A stretch of DNA of 64,000 bases, taken from Amphiscolops sp. MND2022 (Eukaryota). Location: contig OZ076409.1 of the NCBI GenBank assembly GCA_964187785.1, positions 83,516,001 through 83,580,000 of the forward strand, given 5' to 3'. This document shows positions 49,105 through 62,896 of the stretch, one piece after another. The notes under the pieces are model-generated. The model saw nothing but the letters and a program-made list of their open reading frames with translations, did not search any database and was not told the DNA's origin. The position numbers and the translations under genes were made by a program. Position 1 is the stretch's first letter. Each line of letters starts with the position of its first letter.

Positions 49105-50703
49105 GGGTGGCTGTAAAAAAGTCTAATTTTTCTGGACGAAAGGACAGAGGTCGAACCTTTTGATCGAATTGCAGGGAACGAATGGAATGCGGTCGAACTT
49201 GATCGAAACCTTCGGGTCGAAAACGTTCTTTGTTTGCCTCAAGTCGATTGACTATCATAATGAGGGGCATATGCTGTGTATGCACGCTCGCCCTCGCCGT
49301 CGCAAAGGATTCCGGACGTTTCGGCAAAAACATGGCGGCGGACGTTTCGGCAAAAAAAAATATGCCGAAACGTCTCAGGCTAAAAACATTTGCCGAAACG
49401 TTTCGTATGATATGTGGGGCATATCCGGTGTGTGCACGCTCGCCCTCACCGTCGCAAAGACCAGCTCCCACTACGATTGCTTCGCGATCTCCGTTCCAGC
49501 TAGGTCTTTGCTCCTGTTCGACTCGCTTAGCAAGATGGGAATATAAGCGGCCCCAAGGGGCCGCGGGGCACTAGAGGAAATGAGGACATATCCGAGGCAC
49601 GCTTTATGCTTTGCTTCATTCCTACATTAATTGTCTTATCGTTTTTCTTCAATTCCAGAATTCTACAAACTGGTATTTTGTCGTGGTTTTGTTTTTGGTT
49701 TTCTACAAACTGGGTCTAACCAGTTTGTAGAAAACCAAAAACAAAACCAAGATAATACGGGACGTTTCGACATGAAAAAATTGCCGAAACGTCTCCAATT
49801 TTTTTTCCGAAACGTCCTGTTTCCGTCGCAAAGACCAGCTCCCACTACGATCACTTCGCGATCTCCGTTCCTGTTAGGTCTTTGCCCCTGTTCGACCTCG
49901 CTTGTCAAGATGGGAACATAAACGGCCCAAGAGCCGCAGGGCACTAGAAAAAATGGGGACATATCCGAGACACGTTTTATATTTTTCCAGAAAAATCTAT
50001 ATGCGGCAATTCGATTTGTTTCCCAAAAATCAAATTTTCGATCCTAGTTGTTTTGATCCCTTTCAAAAATTTGGTTTGTCGACCCGAGGACTAACTCTGA
50101 TTTTCGATCCCGTTCCTTCGACCTTTTGGTAAATGGTCACTTGGCTTAATGCCATTTGGCTTGAAGTCAATTGGCTTAATACAATTGGTCACTTGGCTTA
50201 ATTTTTTTAAGCCAAGTGTCTCGGGTATTGGTCACTTGGCTTAAAGTCATTTGACTTAAAACCACTTAGTTGAAAACACGTGGCAGATTTTGTCGAATTT
50301 ATCTTTATAACGTAGTCAGCGTATTTTTATAACATGTCATATCAAGTACCCCTCGGATATGTCCCCATTTCCTCTAGTGCCCTGCGGCCCCTTGGGGCCG
50401 CCTATTTTCCCATCTTGCTAAGCGAGGTCGAACAGGAGCAAAGACCTAGCGCGAACGAAGGTCGCGAAGCAATCGTAGTGGGAGCTGGTCTTTGCGACGG
50501 TGTGGGCGAGCGTGCATACACCGCATATGCCCCACATTATGATATTTCCGGGATTTGACATATTTATTCCTTGAGTTGAAATGGAGTTGGCCTACTTTTG
50601 TGGTCACTTGGCTTAAAATTTTTAAGCCAAATGACTCGACGAAAAAATTAAGCCAAATGGTATTAAGCCAAGTGACTGGTAACCGACCTATTTCCGCCCA
50701 TTC
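49105..50703. mobile_element. Nested cluster of non-autonomous TIR elements (copy at ~58596-60193)
   Basis: Outer arms are the reverse complement of 31507-31855; insert 49307-49824 (CCGAAACG arms, TSD gtcgcaaa); insert 50128-50684 (CACTTGGCTT arms, TSD gacctttt/gacctatt); all three carry the same core. Confidence 0.85.
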
Positions 50704-51034
50704 TCCGAAGGGTCCCCCTTTCAATTTTTTTGATATTTTGCAACTGAAGGGATGTTGAAAAAACCCAAAGCCCCTCTTCTACATTTTTCGTCACTATGAG
50801 ACTGTTCAAAGTTATCATTTTTCGTTTTTTTTTCAACAACTTTTTAATGTCTCCAAAGGGTCCCCCTTCAATTTTTTTTCGATATTTTGCAACAAACTGG
50901 ATTTTCAAAAAGCCCAAAGGGTCCCCCCTTTGACAATTTCCGACATTGTGAGATTTTTCGAAATGAATATTTTTTGTCATAAAAGTTGTTTTTTTCCAGT
51001 TTTTGAAAACTTTTTGCGCTTTTTGAGCCTTAGA

Positions 51035-51085
<51 letters not shown>
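51035..51085. repeat. (TAC)17 microsatellite; (TAC)11 at 60524-60556
   Basis: Directly visible. Confidence 0.95.
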
Positions 51086-51087
<2 letters not shown>

Positions 51088-51279
51088 GATCTGAGGGACA
51101 ATTTAAAGCGGATTTTGGAATTATGATACCAATTTAAAGTGTCCTCATTGCGTGGAGTGCCAATTTAAAATGGCCTAATACTGAGTATTAATTTTAAATT
51201 GTCCTCTGTTAGCTTACTACCGTCAGTATTCGAAGTACCATTTTAAAATAATTTGCGGAAAGTAGAAATATCCTATTTA

Positions 51280-52010
51280 AAACGTTAATCAGGCGATTGC
51301 CTACTTTGGACGTTAGTCACGGGAAAACCTGTTTTAGACATAAGTCAGGCGAAACCATGTTTTGGACGGTTGTCTCGCGAATACCTATTTTAGACGTTAG
51401 TTCTGTGAATTCATGTTTAAGACGTTAATTACGCGAATACATCTCTTAGACGTTAGTCACGTGATTCCTAGTCACGAGTAGTTAATATTTGAAATAACTG
51501 AATGAATTTTCAAAAAAAAATCAAAAACATTTCAGAAAACAGAAAATTTTCATATTATTTTTGGAAGAACTTCCAAAAACGTTAAAACAAAATTTCCAGG
51601 TTGAGGGGGGGGTTCCACTTCCCAGGTACGGCATTCAATGACGAATTGAATAATACCAACCCCCCATAGGTACCTTTCTTGTATGAAGTGAATTTAACAA
51701 AATAATTTCAAAAAATTCCAGAAAACAGAAAATTTTCGTGTTTTTTTAAAGAACATCTAAAAAAGTTATCAATACAAAATTCCCAAGTTAGGGGTTCTAC
51801 TTCCCAGCATTTAATGATGAATTGAATGGTCCCTACTCCCCATCTGTATCTTTCTTATATGTAGAGAATTTAACAAAATAATTTCAAAAATTATTCAGGA
51901 AATAGGAAAATTACATAATATTTTTAGAAAAAAATCTTCAAAAAAATGTATTAAAACAAAATTCCCAGGTTGGGGGGTTGAATTTCCAGGGTACTGCATT
52001 CAACTTTCAA
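51280..52010. repeat. ~31-bp (ttagacgttagtcacg) tandem repeats followed by three ~185-bp tandem repeats (copy at ~60750-61480)
   Basis: Repeated ttagacgttag motif; repeated gaatttaacaaaataatttcaaaaa…aaattcccaggttgggg. Confidence 0.8.
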
Positions 52011-52089
52011 TTCTTTTTATAATAATTATCAAATCTTTTTACCATTCTCAAGTTTTAGGTATGGCCCCCCAAAATCTTTTTCACGTCCC

Positions 52090-52578
52090 CAATTTTTAGA
52101 TCTTATTCCTGTCCTTTTACTTTAGAACTTATTCCCTTTTAGATCTTATTCCCTTTTCAGATCTTAATCCCTTTTTAGATCTTATTCCTTTTTTAGATCT
52201 TATTCCCTTTTTAGATCTTATTCCCTTTTTAGATCTTATTCCCTTTGTAGATCTTATTTCTGTTCTTATGTTTTAGAACTTATTCCCCCTTTATATCTTA
52301 TTCCCTTTTTAGATCTTTTTCCTTTTTCATATCTCGTTCCCTTTTTAGATCTTATTCCTGTCCTTATTTTAAGAACTCATTCCCTTTTTAGATCTTATTC
52401 CCTTTTTAGATCTTATTTCCTTTTCATATATCATTCCCTTTTTGGATCTTATTCCTGTCCGTATTTTTAGAACTTATTCCCTTTTTAGATCGTATTCCCT
52501 TTTTAGATCTTATTCAATTTTTAGATCTTATTCCTGTAGTTATTTTTAGAATTTATTCCTTTTTTAGATCTTATTCCC
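52090..52578. repeat. 19-20 bp minisatellite (ttttagatcttattccct), truncated at the duplication junction
   Basis: Directly visible. Confidence 0.95.
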
Positions 52579-55500
52579 ATATATATATAAACTCCAGCCA
52601 CTCTAGAAGGAAAAATTCGTATTAAGACTTGATTGGAGAAAATTGAACAATCTAACAAGTTTTTGTCCAATCTTTCAGCCCAACTACAGCGACGGGGAAG
52701 TATCGCGAATTAACAGACAACGGATACATTTTTTAACTGAAGGCCATGGAAGTACAGTGTTCTTTAGACGAAAGGAATGAAATTTTCATCACACGTCTTT
52801 GTAATAGATTTATTTTCTGAAAAGAGCCTTTACTGCATGCGTTCAATGAATGTGTCTCAGGTCAGATGATAGATTGAGTCAATTGATATTTGGCGTCTCT
52901 TCATACTTGTTACGGCGTGAACCTTCTCGACTCCTCGATAAAAGTGGCCAGTTCATACCAGTTTTTCTTTGCCGTCTTTTAGCAGGTCTTGACAGCTATC
53001 AAAGTGTAAAGAGTCTTTCCTGAGATTTTTGTAGAATCTGCAATGGAAATTGTAATGACTTGAAGTTTCTTCTGTGCCACATATACATAGAGGGGAGGTC
53101 ATTTCTATATCCAATTTAGTGGATGATTTTCTGAACCGTTTTGGGAAAACGGGTGTACCAGTATTTCCAGATGGATCATCTGGCCAAACAATAACAAGTC
53201 TCCTTCTCCATACCGCCTTTCTGAAGACAGCATACGTGTTGGGTGTTTTGAGCTCCTTGATCAAGTCTCGTTACGCGGAGGAAGTTTCGATGGCTCGAGT
53301 GAATGATATTATCAATCCTTCTATCCGAGCTCCGCAGGGCTCCGGCGCTTGAGTTATTTGCAATGCTGTACTTGTGAACGAGTTTTGCAACTGTGATAAA
53401 ATACTTTCGATATCTATTGGGATGAAAACTCCGAGGATTTCCATCTTAGCCAGATTGTGATTGTACACTGTGCCGCAAGACTGTGATAACATTGTGTACC
53501 AAAGCGTTTCGCCTCTGCACCATATTGGGTTTGCCCATATATGACTTAGAAATGTCTATACAGTATGACTAACATCTTCATAAGTCTGGAACTAGGAAAA
53601 GGGGTGACATATGGATTTTGAAATATTGGTCTCAATGAAGCAAACCCTGCTTTTGCTTTGTTTTTGGAGTTTTCAAACTGAGTTTTGAATGTTAGTTGGG
53701 TGTCGATTGTGATTCCTAGTGCCGTTGACTGTGTGGCATACTCTATCTGATGGTCCTGTTTGCTTACTTTGAAGCACGGCGCTAGTACCTCAATTTTTTT
53801 GAAAATGATACTTTCGTTCTCGTGCCCCAAATCCTGAGGCGCGATTTCTTTAGCCACCGCACGCGTGATGGCTTCACAGTCTTTTCAGAGCTCTCCAACA
53901 GCCAGTTCGATGGTTTTGCCTTTTGCTACAGATGTAGCATTGTCTGCATATTTGAAAGTTTCTCCATTGCATCCATCAAAAATATCTGCAATGTAGAGTT
54001 TGAATAGGATTGGTGAAAGAATGCGTCCTTGTGGTAAGCCCACTGACGGTTTTAATGGGTTTGAATCTTTGGTGCCAATGCTAAAGTAGCGATTTCGGAT
54101 AAACTCGTCAATGACGTTGTACGTGGTGCCTCTGATGCCAGCTTTCCGTAACTTGAAAAGCATGTCGTCTATCCAGATTGAATCAAAACCTTTTCCAGAT
54201 CGATGAATAAAATTTCCGCTGTTTGGTTGTTACCATTTTGTAAGTGGTCAATCAATTGATGAAAGTTTCGTCCTGAACCTCTTTTTTACGGAAGTTTTCC
54301 TAGCTGTCATCAATTATTCCGTATATTTCTAGATGTTGCCTGAACCTATGTTCTAATATCCGTTTAAATAGTTTGCCAATGTAGGAAGTTAAAGTTATTG
54401 GCGTGAACCTTCCTGCCATGTGATAATCTTCTTTGTTTGGTTTTCTCAAAAAGTTGACTTTGCCTTTATTCCAAATGTAGCCACTTGCTGTGAAACAGAT
54501 GTTGGTATGTTCTAGGCACGTATAATTGAATCGTCTTAAGGCATGTTTGAGTAGCAGTGGATGTAAATCGTCTGGATCGTCAGACTTTGCTGAAGTTTGT
54601 CTCATCTTGAGCGTGTTCTACTGTTTTTTGCCATTGCTCATCTATCTGTGAGCTATCCAGGTGGTTTTCCGATAAACAAACACATCGAATAGAAGTTCGA
54701 ATTGTTTTGCCTCGTCCTTAAGTATTTTAACATTGGATGCAAGACATCCCATTGGTATCGTGCCTCCATTCGAGGTAAACATTTTTGGCTTTCTAGAAAT
54801 CTGTTCCAGTGCTTTTATCTAGCTTTTCAGCGCTTTCCTGGGAAACGAGATTTGGATGTAGTTGTCTTTCATGAATTGATAAAGGGGCTCTGTTGAGCCA
54901 TCTGAGCGTCCACTTAGGTTTACTGTCATGGCGTAAATTTTGCGTTCAATTTTTGTTGTTTATTTTGTTTAGTCTTTGCAAGCCAGTTAGGTAGATGTAT
55001 GATTTTTGGATGCAAAGTTCATCCAGTTTCTGTTGCTTTAATGAACCATACCTTGAGACCGTTGAATGTTTTCCAGAGCAATTTCTACACTTTTCTTTTT
55101 CTTTTGGGCAGTTACTGCAAACTTCACTTCTGTAGTTGCTGCCTGGTGCCATATGTCCAAATTTGAGACATCTGTAGCATTGGAAAACCTTTGGTGCCTT
55201 GTTTCGATTTCAGGTCTTATCCATATGTTTCCTATGCAGATCCCGTCTGCTAGAGCGCGTTGTGCGTCCTCCTAATTTTCGAGAGTAAGGTTCCGCGTGC
55301 GTAGAGGTGAGTTTCCGGGATGTTTTACTCGCTGCACATGGCAGTCCGAGAATGTACTGGCGAATTCCTTTTGAAAATTGTCTTCTCGAACTCCTGTGTC
55401 TGATATATGGTCAGGTAGTGGTACGCCCTTTGGTAGTGGAGCAACGGTAATGATTTCTTCTTTGCTTCTTTGCTCTTGGCTGGCAATCTGAACCTCTAAA

Positions 55501-58500
55501 GGGATCTTTCGGCCTTTCCGTACAATATTTTGCGCAATGTTTATTTCTCGGTTTCGACAATCCGGCATTTGGCGTGAATTCATCTGTCACAGGAGTCACA
55601 GCTGGCACATTCTACGACCTCTTGTTTGCAAATGTTGCAAGGGACTGATTTCGGAAAGCTTTTGGACTGAGACTTGACTCCTTTTGTTTCAACCATTTTT
55701 GGGGACAAAGTTCAATTTTTAGAGGTAGAGGCCCAGAAACAGAGACTCAATAAGCACACTCCCCATTTTTTAATAGCTTCCGGGGTTTGGCTTCTCGTCC
55801 TTTTTTCACAGATCTTCGCTTTGTGCCCCGCGTCTTAAAAATCCTAATGATGTTTGGATAGTAGTATAGTATAATGCCCAGAGTTCTCAGCTCAAGATTG
55901 GCACTATGGTGGAGCTTGCGATATTCCACAATTACTGATTCCTTGAATTGCTCAGAAGCGTTGATAATGTGTTTGGGCAGGTCTGATACAAAGCAGTCCA
56001 TTGTCCTCACCAATTCGTCCTACATATATTGGGTTCCTTCGCGTTGGCAAGTGACAGCACAAAAGAGGTTTGGTAAATTCTAGAGGGTCGCTATGAGTTC
56101 CGCGATTGTCAACGGTATGTTGTTTTTTTTTGAGTTAGTTGTCGGTGTACTGTTTAGCACGTGGTGCCAGATAGCAAGGTTTCGGTTTCTCGGGGCGTTA
56201 GATGTAAGGTATTTGAAGCAAAAATTGGGGGTGTTTGATTGAGGCCAGGTTTGGAGTGAACAGCATCAGTATCTTTTTCTTGTTCCAATTTCTCCATGTT
56301 TTTGATAGAGTGATGAAGAGAGCTTGCTGCTACTATTTCGATCAAAGTGGTAATTGAGGATAAACAAATTTTAGGATAAAATTAGAACGAACTCACAATT
56401 TCAAGTCAGGTCCAGATGTGAGCAACCCTATTTAGTGTTTTGTATTTGCGTATTCGGATTGTTGGGTTTAGCCGCCGTCAGTAGTTTGGCATATGCCGGA
56501 CTTTTTGAAATCCCCCAAGGGCTAGCCAAAAGTGTAAAAGTTTCAGGGCTACCCAAAAAAGTCTCTGTAAAAAGTTCTGTCGTTCGCACGATGATCAATG
56601 AGCTGGCACCGTTTTTGAAGCAACGGATCTAATTGGCTATTCAGATTGGCATTTCGGCCTGTGTTCTAGCAACCGCGAGCGACAGAGATGCGTTCGAAGA
56701 AATTTATTACATATTGTTTTTTGACCGGTATATAATTATATAATTGCAGCTTTTTAGCCGTTGACCGGGATAATGACTGGTACGAGTAGTTTAATGGTTG
56801 TTTTTTTGTTGTTACTGGGATTGTAGTCGGTATGGGGTTTCCTCTTTCCATTGCAGACGACACAGGTGTGTGTCTACTCCCCCCAACACGATGACACACA
56901 TGGCGCTTGAATGATGACGGAGATCCTAATATCGTATATTGTGAAAAAACTAGAGCGACTAACTGTGTTGTCCCGAATCATCGCAATCTCTGAAGCTATT
57001 CAACAAGCTCATCACAACAATTAGACAACTCGTTGATCAGCGTGGGTTCTGCTGATTTTTTTTCGTTATGTTCCTGGCGGTCGACTGTGATAATGGCTGA
57101 CATAAGGTTGTTTTGTCGTTTTGTTGCTACCGGTCTACTGCGATAGTGGGTGGTGGTTTGCGTCTATAGCGTCGAATTTTGACACGTCGAATTCCCAACG
57201 TCGAATATCATTAGAGTCGAAGAACAACGTCGAATCTAGTCAAACAACTAATGTCGTATTGTCGAATTTCTGTCTAATTTTTCCTGTTAGTTTCAGATTA
57301 AAATGACTGATAATACCGCTTCTAACTACGCCAAACAAGCCTTTCCCCACCTAATTTGAGGTCAAATATTTGGTGTATGCACGCTAGCCCTCGCCGTTGC
57401 AAAAGCCAGCTCCCACTACGATCGCTTCGCGATCTCCGTCCCCGCTAGGTCTTTGCTCCTGTTCGACGCTTAAGAGAGAGAGAGAGAAAGACGCTCAAAA
57501 ACTATACCTGATAAAAACAACTCATTTGGTACAGTAGGCGTTATAATAAAAATGAAAATAAAATTAGTAGCACTTTTGAACTATTGGAGAAGTTGGAAGT
57601 ATTGGTTTTTATAAAATGTTGGACACTCTTCGTAAAGTAGTAGCATGTGCTCTCCAATGAGTTTTTCCGTTTTTATTCGGCGCTTTATCCTTTTAAGGAA
57701 AAACGCCCGACTATAGCAATGACTTTTTTAGTCGGCGCTTTTCCATTAAAGGGAAAATACCCGAATGTAGCAGTGACTGTTTTTTTTATTCAGACTACAA
57801 TCCTCACACTGATCTGTCCACTTTTTAGAAACAATCCTGAAACCACCTAAGGCGCCCAGTCCGGTAAAGGGGCCAAGGCAAACTTAGTGCAAAGGGTCCC
57901 TTTTTCATTTTTTTCAAAGTAACCTGCAAAACCGGTCGGGACTAAAAAGTCCCCCCTTTCGAATTTTTTTTCGGCACTGTGCGACTTTTTTCGAAATTTT
58001 GGTAATGTCCCCAAAGGGTTCCCCCTTTGAGTTTTTTTGTTGTTTTACAACAGAATGCATGTTTGGAAATCAAAAAGGGTCCCCTCTTTCACAATTTTCG
58101 GCATTGTGCGACATTTTGGGAAAGAAAATTTATTCGAAACCTCAAAGTTATTCTCCGAAAAAAATATTTTTTGCTTCTTGAGCCATAGACAAAGCGCCGA
58201 CTTTAGACGTTCCCGTCTTGTTTTTTCTTCAGACTACAATCATCACACTGATTGGTCCAGTTTTTAGAAACAATCCTGAAACCACCTACACCTAAGGCCA
58301 AGTCCAGGGCCAAGGCAAACTTAGTCCAAACGTTCCCCTCTTTCTTTTTTTATTTTTCAAGGTGACCTACAAAAGCGGACGGGACTGAAAGTCCCCTCTT
58401 TCGATTTTTTTTCTCGGCACTGTGCGACTTTTTTTTCGAAAAACATTTTGTCGCCAAAGGACCTCTCCTTTCATATTTTACTTTTTTAACGTAACCTACA

Positions 58501-60523
58501 AACCCGGATGAGACCAAAGGTTTTCCCCTTTCAATTTTTTTCGGCGCTTTGAGACTTTTTTTCGAAAGTTTTTTTGTCTTCATGTCTTCAAAGGGGGGTG
58601 GCTGTAAAAAAGTCTAATTTTTCTGGACGAAAGGACAGAGGTCGAACCTTTTGATCGAATTGCAGGGAACGAATGGAATGCGGTCGAACTTGATCGAAAC
58701 CTTCGGGTCGAAAACGTTCTTTGTTTGCCTCAAGTCGATTGACTATCATAATGAGGGGCATATGCTGTGTATGCACGCTCGCCCTCGCCGTCGCAAAGGA
58801 TTCCGGACGTTTCGGCAAAAACATGGCGGCGGACGTTTCGGCAAAAAAAATATGCCGAAACGTCTCAGGCTAAAAACATTTGCCGAAACGTTTCGTATGA
58901 TATGTGGGGCATATCCGGTGTGTGCACGCTCGCCCTCACCGTCGCAAAGACCAGCTCCCACTACGATTGCTTCGCGATCTCCGTTCCAGCTAGGTCTTTG
59001 CTCCTGTTCGACTCGCTTAGCAAGATGGGAATATAAGCGGCCCCAAGGGGCCGCGGGGCACTAGAGGAAATGAGGACATATCCGAGGCACGCTTTATGCT
59101 TTGCTTCATTCCTACATTAATTGTCTTATCGTTTTTCTTCAATTCCAGAATTCTACAAACTGGTATTTTGTCGTGGTTTTGTTTTTGGTTTTCTACAAAC
59201 TGGGTCTAACCAGTTTGTAGAAAACCAAAAACAAAACCAAGATAATACGGGACGTTTCGACATGAAAAAATTGCCGAAACGTCTCCAATTTTTTTTCCGA
59301 AACGTCCTGTTTCCGTCGCAAAGACCAGCTCCCACTACGATCACTTCGCGATCTCCGTTCCTGTTAGGTCTTTGCCCCTGTTCGACCTCGCTTGTCAAGA
59401 TGGGAACATAAACGGCCCAAGAGCCGCAGGGCACTAGAAAAAATGGGGACATATCCGAGACACGTTTTATATTTTTCCAGAAAAATCTATATGCGGCAAT
59501 TCGATTTGTTTCCCAAAAATCAAAATTTCGATCCTAGTTGTTTCGATCCCTTTCAAAAATTTGGTTTGTCGACCCGAGGACTAACTCTGATTTTCGATCC
59601 CGTTCCTTCGACCTTTTGGTAAATGGTCACTTGGCTTAATGCCATTTGGCTTGAAGTCAATTGGCTTAATACAATTGGTCACTTGGCTTAATTTTTTTAA
59701 GCCAAGTGTCTCGGGTATTGGTCACTTGGCTTAAAGTCATTTGACTTAAAACCACTTAGTTGAAAACACGTGGCAGATTTTGTCGAATTTATCTTTATAA
59801 CGTAGTCAGCGTATTTTTATAACATGTCATATCAAGTACCCCTCGGATATGTCCCCATTTCCTCTAGTGCCCTGCGGCCCCTTGGGGCCGCCTATTTTCC
59901 CATCTTGCTAAGCGAGGTCGAACAGGAGCAAAGACCTAGCGCGAACGAAGGTCGCGAAGCAATCGTAGTGGGAGCTGGTCTTTGCGACGGTGTGGGCGAG
60001 CGTGCATACACCGCATATGCCCCACATTATGATATTTCCGGGATTTGACATATTTATTCCTTGAGTTGAAATGGAGTTGGCCTACTTTTGTGGTCACTTG
60101 GCTTAAAATTTTTAAGCCAAATGACTCGACGAAAAAATTAAGCCAAATGGTATTAAGCCAAGTGACTGGTAACCGACCTATTTCCGCCCATTCTCCGAAG
60201 GGTCCCCCTTTCAATTTTTTTGATATTTTGCAACTGAAGGGATGTTGAAAAAACCCAAAGCCCCTCTTCTACATTTTTCGTCACTATGAGACTGTTCAAA
60301 GTTATCATTTTTCGTTTTTTTTCAACAACTTTTTAATGTCTCCAAAGGGTCCCCCTTCATTTTTTTTTCGATATTTTGCAACAAACTGGATTTTCAAAAA
60401 GCCCAAAGGGTCCCCCCTTTGACAATTTCCGACATTGTGAGATTTTTCGAAATGAATATTTTTTGTCATAAAAGTTGTTTTTTTCCAGTTTTTGAAAACT
60501 TTTTGCGCTTTTTGAGCCTTAGA

Positions 60524-60558
<35 letters not shown>

Positions 60559-62048
60559 GATCTGAGGGACAATTTAAAGCGGATTTTGGAATTATGATAC
60601 CAATTTAAAGTGTCCTCATTGCGTGGAGTGCCAATTTAAAATGGCCTAATACTGAGTATTAATTTTAAATTGTCCTCTGTTAGCTTACTACCGTCAGTAT
60701 TCGAAGTACCATTTTAAAATAATTTGCGGAAAGTAGAAATATCCTATTTAAAACGTTAATCAGGCGATTGCCTACTTTGGACGTTAGTCACGGGAAAACC
60801 TGTTTTAGACATAAGTCAGGCGAAACCATGTTTTGGACGGTTGTCTCGCGAATACCTATTTTAGACGTTAGTTCTGTGAATTCATGTTTAAGACGTTAAT
60901 TACGCGAATACATCTCTTAGACGTTAGTCACGTGATTCCTAGTCACGAGTAGTTAATATTTGAAATAACTGAATGAATTTTCAAAAAAAAATCAAAAACA
61001 TTTCAGAAAACAGAAAATTTTCATATTATTTTTGGAAGAACTTCCAAAAACGTTAAAACAAAATTTCCAGGTTGAGGGGGGGGGTTCCACTTCCCAGGTA
61101 CGGCATTCAATGACGAATTGAATAATACGAACCCCCCATAGGTACCTTTCTTGTATGAAGTGAATTTAACAAAATAATTTCAAAAAATTCCAGAAAACAG
61201 AAAATTTTCGTGTTTTTTAAAGAACATCTAAAAAAGTTATCAATACAAAATTCCCAAGTTAGGGGTTCTACTTCCCAGCATTTAATGATGAATTGAATGG
61301 TCCCTACTCCCCATCTGTATCTTTCTTATATGTAGAGAATTTAACAAAATAATTTCAAAAATTATTCAGGAAATAGGAAAATTACATAATATTTTTAGAA
61401 AAAAATCTTCAAAAAAATGTATTAAAACAAAATTCCCAGGTTGGGGGGTTGAATTTCCAGGGTACTGCATTCAACTTTCAATTCTTTTTATAATAATTAT
61501 CAAATCTTTTTACCATTCTCAAGTTTTAGGTATGGCCCCCCAAAATCTTTTTCACGTCCCCAATTTTTAGATCTTATTCCTGTCCTTTTACTTTAGAACT
61601 TATTCCCTTTTAGATCTTATTCCCTTTTCAGATCTTAATCCCTCTTTAGATCTTATTCCTTTTTTAGATCTTATTCCCTTTTTAGATCTTATTCCCTTTT
61701 TAGATCTTATTCCCTTTGTAGATCTTATTTCTGTTCTTATGTTTTAGAACTTATTCCCCCTTTATATCTTATTCCCTTTTTAGATCTTTTTCCTTTTTCA
61801 TATCTCGTTCCCTTTTTAGATCTTATTCCTGTCCTTATTTTAAGAACTCATTCCCTTTTTAGATCTTATTCCCTTTTTAGATCTTATTTCCTTTTCATAT
61901 ATCATTCCCTTTTTGGATCTTATTCCTGTCCGTATTTTTAGAACTTATTCCCTTTTTAGATCGTATTCCCTTTTTAGATCTTATTCAATTTTTAGATCTT
62001 ATTCCTGTAGTTATTTTTAGAATTTATTCCTTTTTTAGATCTTATTCC
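52579..62048. repeat. ~9.5-kb segment, copy 2
   Basis: Near-identical to 43189-52578, differing by scattered SNPs and homopolymer or microsatellite indels. Confidence 0.97.
52590..56410 (-). mobile_element. Decayed I-group LINE, copy 2, ending at a (TA)n tract
   Basis: Same ORF fragments as copy 1; 3' end abuts atatatatata at 52579-52589. Confidence 0.85.
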
Positions 62049-62330
62049 TTTTTTAGATCTTATTCCCTTTTTAGATCTTATTCCCTTTTCATATCTCATT
62101 CCCTTTTTAGATCTCATTCCTGTCCTTATTTTTAGAACCTATTCCCTTTTTAAATCTTATTCCCTTTTTAGATCTTATTCCCTTTTTAGATCTTATTCCT
62201 GTAGTTATTTTTAGACCTTATTCCTTTTTTAGATCTTATTCCCTTTTTAGATCTTATTCCTGTCCCTATATTTTAGATCTGATTCTCTTTAGATCTTATT
62301 CCCGTCCCCTATTATTAGATCATATTCCCG
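61564..62330. repeat. 19-20 bp minisatellite (ttttagatcttattccct), longer copy
   Basis: Directly visible. Confidence 0.95.
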
Positions 62331-62838
62331 TGCTTAAATATATATAATACAAAATACAACTATTTGATACATATGATACAATATACAAAATATATAATAC
62401 ATGTATATAATGTAGGGTAGTTTCAAAATATGTTAGCTAAATTCTTGTTCGTAAAAATTACGTAGATATAGATAAAAAATCTTTTTCCTATTTGATTGGA
62501 GTTCATCGACTAATAAGAGAATTGAATGTAAATTGAATTTGACCAGCGCATGTACAAAACGTACATGTATGACGTAATACATGCACTGTCTGCGCAAATA
62601 AAATCACACTGTATGTACAAAGAAGACACTGTGTACATATAGTGTGAATACACTTGCGCAGGGCATGTACATGTATTACATGTACATGTGTAATTGCGTC
62701 ATAATTCAAACTTGTTCGCAATGTGTGATTCTAATCTCACCACTGCATCGACTGCTATACTGTACACGTGTTAGACACACAAAGTCATACTGGTATATAA
62801 GTAAACTTCTTATACGTTATCAGGTATATACTGATTCC

Positions 62839-62896
62839 AAGATTGACTGATTCCAGTTATATCTTATATAAGATATAACTGGAATCAGTCAATCTT
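62839..62896. repeat. Perfect 58-bp palindrome with no spacer
   Basis: aagattgactgattccagttatatcttat|ataagatataactggaatcagtcaatctt. Confidence 0.95.

Larger units (their letters stand above)
43189..52578. repeat. ~9.5-kb segment, copy 1
   Basis: agtatcgcgaa.taacagac at 43189 and 52699; matching ORF translations at offsets of about 9490-9510. Confidence 0.97.

Noticed and set aside
49546..49574. Helitron 3' end (hairpin plus CTAG) in the shared core
   Set aside because: Conserved sequence continues about 35 bp past CTAG, which is followed by A rather than T; not callable, though a Helitron-related origin is not excluded.
51035..51085. Right end of a second Polinton
   Set aside because: The sequence to the left is a dispersed host repeat with no Polinton genes or similarity to the 10962-11095 terminus.
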